46,530 nt of DNA from a virus. Below are positions 44,600 to 46,530 of the stretch, one piece after another. Position numbers and translations under genes: made by a program. Each line of letters opens with the position of its first letter. Position 1 is the first letter of the stretch. The notes beneath the pieces are model-generated. The model was given only the letters and a program-made list of their open reading frames with translations, was not told the origin of the DNA and did no database searches. The stretch covers positions 1-46,530 of the IMG/VR virus record IMGVR_UViG_3300038701_001117, one strand, 5' to 3'.

Positions 44600-44628
44600 T
44601 TGCAATTAATAAGAAACGTTGCTATAAT
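44600..44628 (+). promoter_or_regulatory. Sigma70-type promoter
   Basis: TTGCAA (44600-05) - 17 nt - TGcTATAAT (-10 at 44623-28); a TTGACA also overlaps the HNH stop codon (44589-94). Confidence 0.55.
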
Positions 44629-44777
44629 GATAGTACAGCTATCTAAGAAATACTATATTTATAATAAACATAGAAGAGTAATAAAACTAAGCGAAAAGCA
44701 GGATGATAATACAGCCACCCATGACATTTAGGCGAAATCCTATCTCGAGGTGGCATGCTTTTATAAGGTATTAAATT

Positions 44778-45062
44778 ATGTCATTAAAGTTAAAAGAAAA
44801 ACTAGAAATTGAAAGTGATATATCTGATGTAGCTATAAAGCAGGCACTTAAACAAGCAGGAAAAAGCATTGACTTAGAGTACTGGCGTTTATATGTCCAT
44901 CCACACAATATTGGAGAAGCTATTCTCTCTTTAACAGCTATGGATATATTAGCTATAGGAAATCTATCAATAGATATGGATATAAAAGATGCTGATGCGT
45001 GGTATATTAAATGTTGGGATGATAAGCTAAATACAGTAATAATTAATAGTCAAGGTGTTTAA
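44778..45062 (+). CDS. Hypothetical acidic protein
   Basis: 94-aa ORF about 140 nt downstream of the 44.6 kb promoter. Confidence 0.5.
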   Translation: MSLKLKEKLEIESDISDVAIKQALKQAGKSIDLEYWRLYVHPHNIGEAILSLTAMDILAIGNLSIDMDIKDADAWYIKCWDDKLNTVIINSQGV

Positions 45063-45068
45063 AGTATT

Positions 45069-45146
45069 ATGACAGCAGAATATATAGCAATAGGCTTAAT
45101 AGTATTATACTTTGGATTCGCAATACTAATGATGATATCTAAATAA
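45069..45146 (+). CDS. 25-aa hydrophobic mini-ORF
   Basis: Hand-translated MTAEYIAIGLIVLYFGFAILMMISK. Confidence 0.25.
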   Translation: MTAEYIAIGLIVLYFGFAILMMISK

Positions 45147-45162
45147 TAACGAGTAGTTAGAT

Positions 45163-45279
45163 ATGAAAAAACTAATAGACACGAACCCCTACCTCAATAA
45201 AGATGCTGCAACTAGAATCAGGTTGATGAATAGATACATATTAACATCAAGTGCAGTTGAAGGTATAAAGGTATCATAA
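45163..45279 (+). CDS. 38-aa ORF with a Fic inhibitory-helix-like S-x-x-x-E-G motif
   Basis: Hand-translated MKKLIDTNPYLNKDAATRIRLMNRYILTSSAVEGIKVS. TSSAVEGI resembles the SSxIEGI alpha-inh motif of Fic_N/VbhA-type inhibitors. The RBS is weak. Confidence 0.3.
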   Translation: MKKLIDTNPYLNKDAATRIRLMNRYILTSSAVEGIKVS

Positions 45280-45401
45280 TGATACTACTATCTGATATCG
45301 AACAATTAACTAAAGAGAAAATGTATATACTACCTCATGCTATGATAGTATGGGATGAAGATAAACTATATGTATACCCTAATGAAGTAACTATTCATTA
45401 A
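45279..45401 (+). CDS. 40-aa mini-ORF
   Basis: Hand-translated MILLSDIEQLTKEKMYILPHAMIVWDEDKLYVYPNEVTIH; TAATG coupling to the previous ORF. Confidence 0.3.
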   Translation: MILLSDIEQLTKEKMYILPHAMIVWDEDKLYVYPNEVTIH

Positions 45402-45438
45402 TCTATAGAGTATTACAATAGAATAAAGAGAGAAGATT

Positions 45439-45744
45439 ATGACAGCTGATAACAACAAGAAGAAGAAGGATAATAAGAATAAATCTCTAACTAAGAAAGA
45501 ACTAGAGAATATAGTTAATATTACCCATCAAGATAATCTTAAACTAACTGGTATGCTAATGACTATATTAGACCAAGTATACCATGAATATGCACTAGAG
45601 TTCATAGTACCAGAACATATAGAAACATGGTATAAAGAACGTAGTAAAGAAAGAACAGCTAATATAGAGAACTATATAAAGACTAACTTCTCTGATGTAG
45701 TACAAGAACAAATGTTTAATGTATTAAAGAAGAGGTTCAAATAA
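45439..45744 (+). CDS. Hypothetical protein, Lys/Asn-rich N-terminus
   Basis: 101-aa ORF with a purine-rich RBS region (agagagaagattATG). Confidence 0.5.
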   Translation: MTADNNKKKKDNKNKSLTKKELENIVNITHQDNLKLTGMLMTILDQVYHEYALEFIVPEHIETWYKERSKERTANIENYIKTNFSDVVQEQMFNVLKKRFK

Positions 45745-45749
45745 GACCT

Positions 45750-46007
45750 ATGCCTACCTATGATTATATATGTAATGAATGTGAACATACCCTGGATGTA
45801 TGGCAACGTATCACTGATGATGCTTTAACTAAGTGTCCTGAATGTAATCAAAATACCCTCATAAGACAGATAGGCGTATGTAATGTCCTATTCACAGGTA
45901 CAGGCTTCCCTGGTGATGAGATGAAGGATAAGTCTCGACTAAATTCGAAGACTCTTGATAAGTCTAAAGTAAACGCTAAAAAGAATAATAACAATACGCT
46001 ACACTAA
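45750..46007 (+). CDS. FmdB-family zinc-ribbon protein
   Basis: MPTYDYICNECEH...CPECNQ is the CxxC...CxxC signature of the FmdB putative regulatory family. Confidence 0.7.
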   Translation: MPTYDYICNECEHTLDVWQRITDDALTKCPECNQNTLIRQIGVCNVLFTGTGFPGDEMKDKSRLNSKTLDKSKVNAKKNNNNTLH

Positions 46008-46403
46008 TTAACTACTACTAATAATACTAATACTATTGCTAAAAATATAATATTTACATTTACTTTATATTCACTTTATACCCTATATTATACTAATAAC
46101 ATACTAAAAGTGTACTAAATGTAGCATAAAAGGGGACATTTAGGTACTATTATAACCCTAGTCTACAGTATAACTGGATAGTATAGGGAGACTACATGAA
46201 GTATAAGAAGAAGAAGAAGGATAGACTCTAGATAGTACTGATAGATACTAATGATATCAATGACTTACCTACCATACCTACCTACCCTCCCCTTATAGGT
46301 ATTAAATAGAATAGGGAGTAGGCTATGAGTTGTTAATATGCTGTATTGCTATCACATAGCACAAACATTGTCAACAATTAATTAAATATTAACACACAGG
46401 AAC

Positions 46404-46530
46404 TCAATAATACATACAAATACCATGATTTCATAGTATATACAGTTAAAACATTGAAATAATATATACAGGCAGGACAAGGGGTAGGGGGCAAGCTATT
46501 ATATAGGGAAATAAGTATTATTAGATATAT
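46404..46530. repeat. Terminal direct repeat, right copy (identical to 1..127)
   Basis: Exact duplicate of bases 1-127; either an assembly overlap of a circular path or a true short DTR. Confidence 0.9.

Noticed and set aside
46196-46231. (AAG)5 purine run / 11-codon mini-ORF MKYKKKKKDRL
   Set aside because: It is short and low-complexity with no RBS, and similar AAG runs occur inside genuine genes (for example 45450-45470).
1-46530. Search for CRISPR arrays, diversity-generating retroelements, integrase/excisionase, toxin-antitoxin pairs and tRNAs
   Set aside because: No regularly spaced repeats, no reverse-transcriptase-like or recombinase-like ORF, and no cloverleaf candidates were seen. 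Apart from the HNH gene, the genome appears strictly lytic and free of mobile elements.

Overview
The window is a complete, AT-rich dsDNA phage genome. Bases 1-127 are repeated exactly at 46404-46530, giving about 46,403 bp of unique sequence. Coding density is very high, with many ATGA/TAATG start-stop overlaps and AGGAG-type ribosome-binding sites. There are only two transcription directions. The plus strand runs 39.4 kb -> 46.0 kb -> across the end junction -> 0.4 kb -> 23.9 kb. It carries a block of small accessory genes, then a morphogenesis module: terS, terL, a P22-like portal with a coiled-coil tail, a GroES-like gene, scaffold, decoration-like protein, HK97-fold major capsid, gp4-like adaptor, gp10-like tail hub, fibres, Gly-zipper ejection proteins and two GH19 lysozymes. 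The minus strand (38.56 -> 23.92 kb) carries tiny membrane ORFs followed by a T7-like replisome: primase, helicase, family A polymerase, gp2.5-like SSB, 5'-3' exonuclease and endonuclease I. I found no phage RNA polymerase, integrase, tRNA or CRISPR array. Several near-consensus sigma70-type promoters suggest the phage depends on host RNAP. The most unusual content is a full-length prkA / yeaH (DUF444) / spoVR triad inside the replication operon. Other notable features are two paralogous ClpP-like proteins outside the head module, a ~0.83 kb non-coding control region with divergent promoters and paired operator-like palindromes, tandem GH19 paralogs, an Asp/Asn beta-hydroxylase-like oxygenase in the structural module, and a 38-aa ORF carrying a Fic-inhibitory-helix-like motif. 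All functional calls rest on motif recognition by eye and on gene order. No database search was run.
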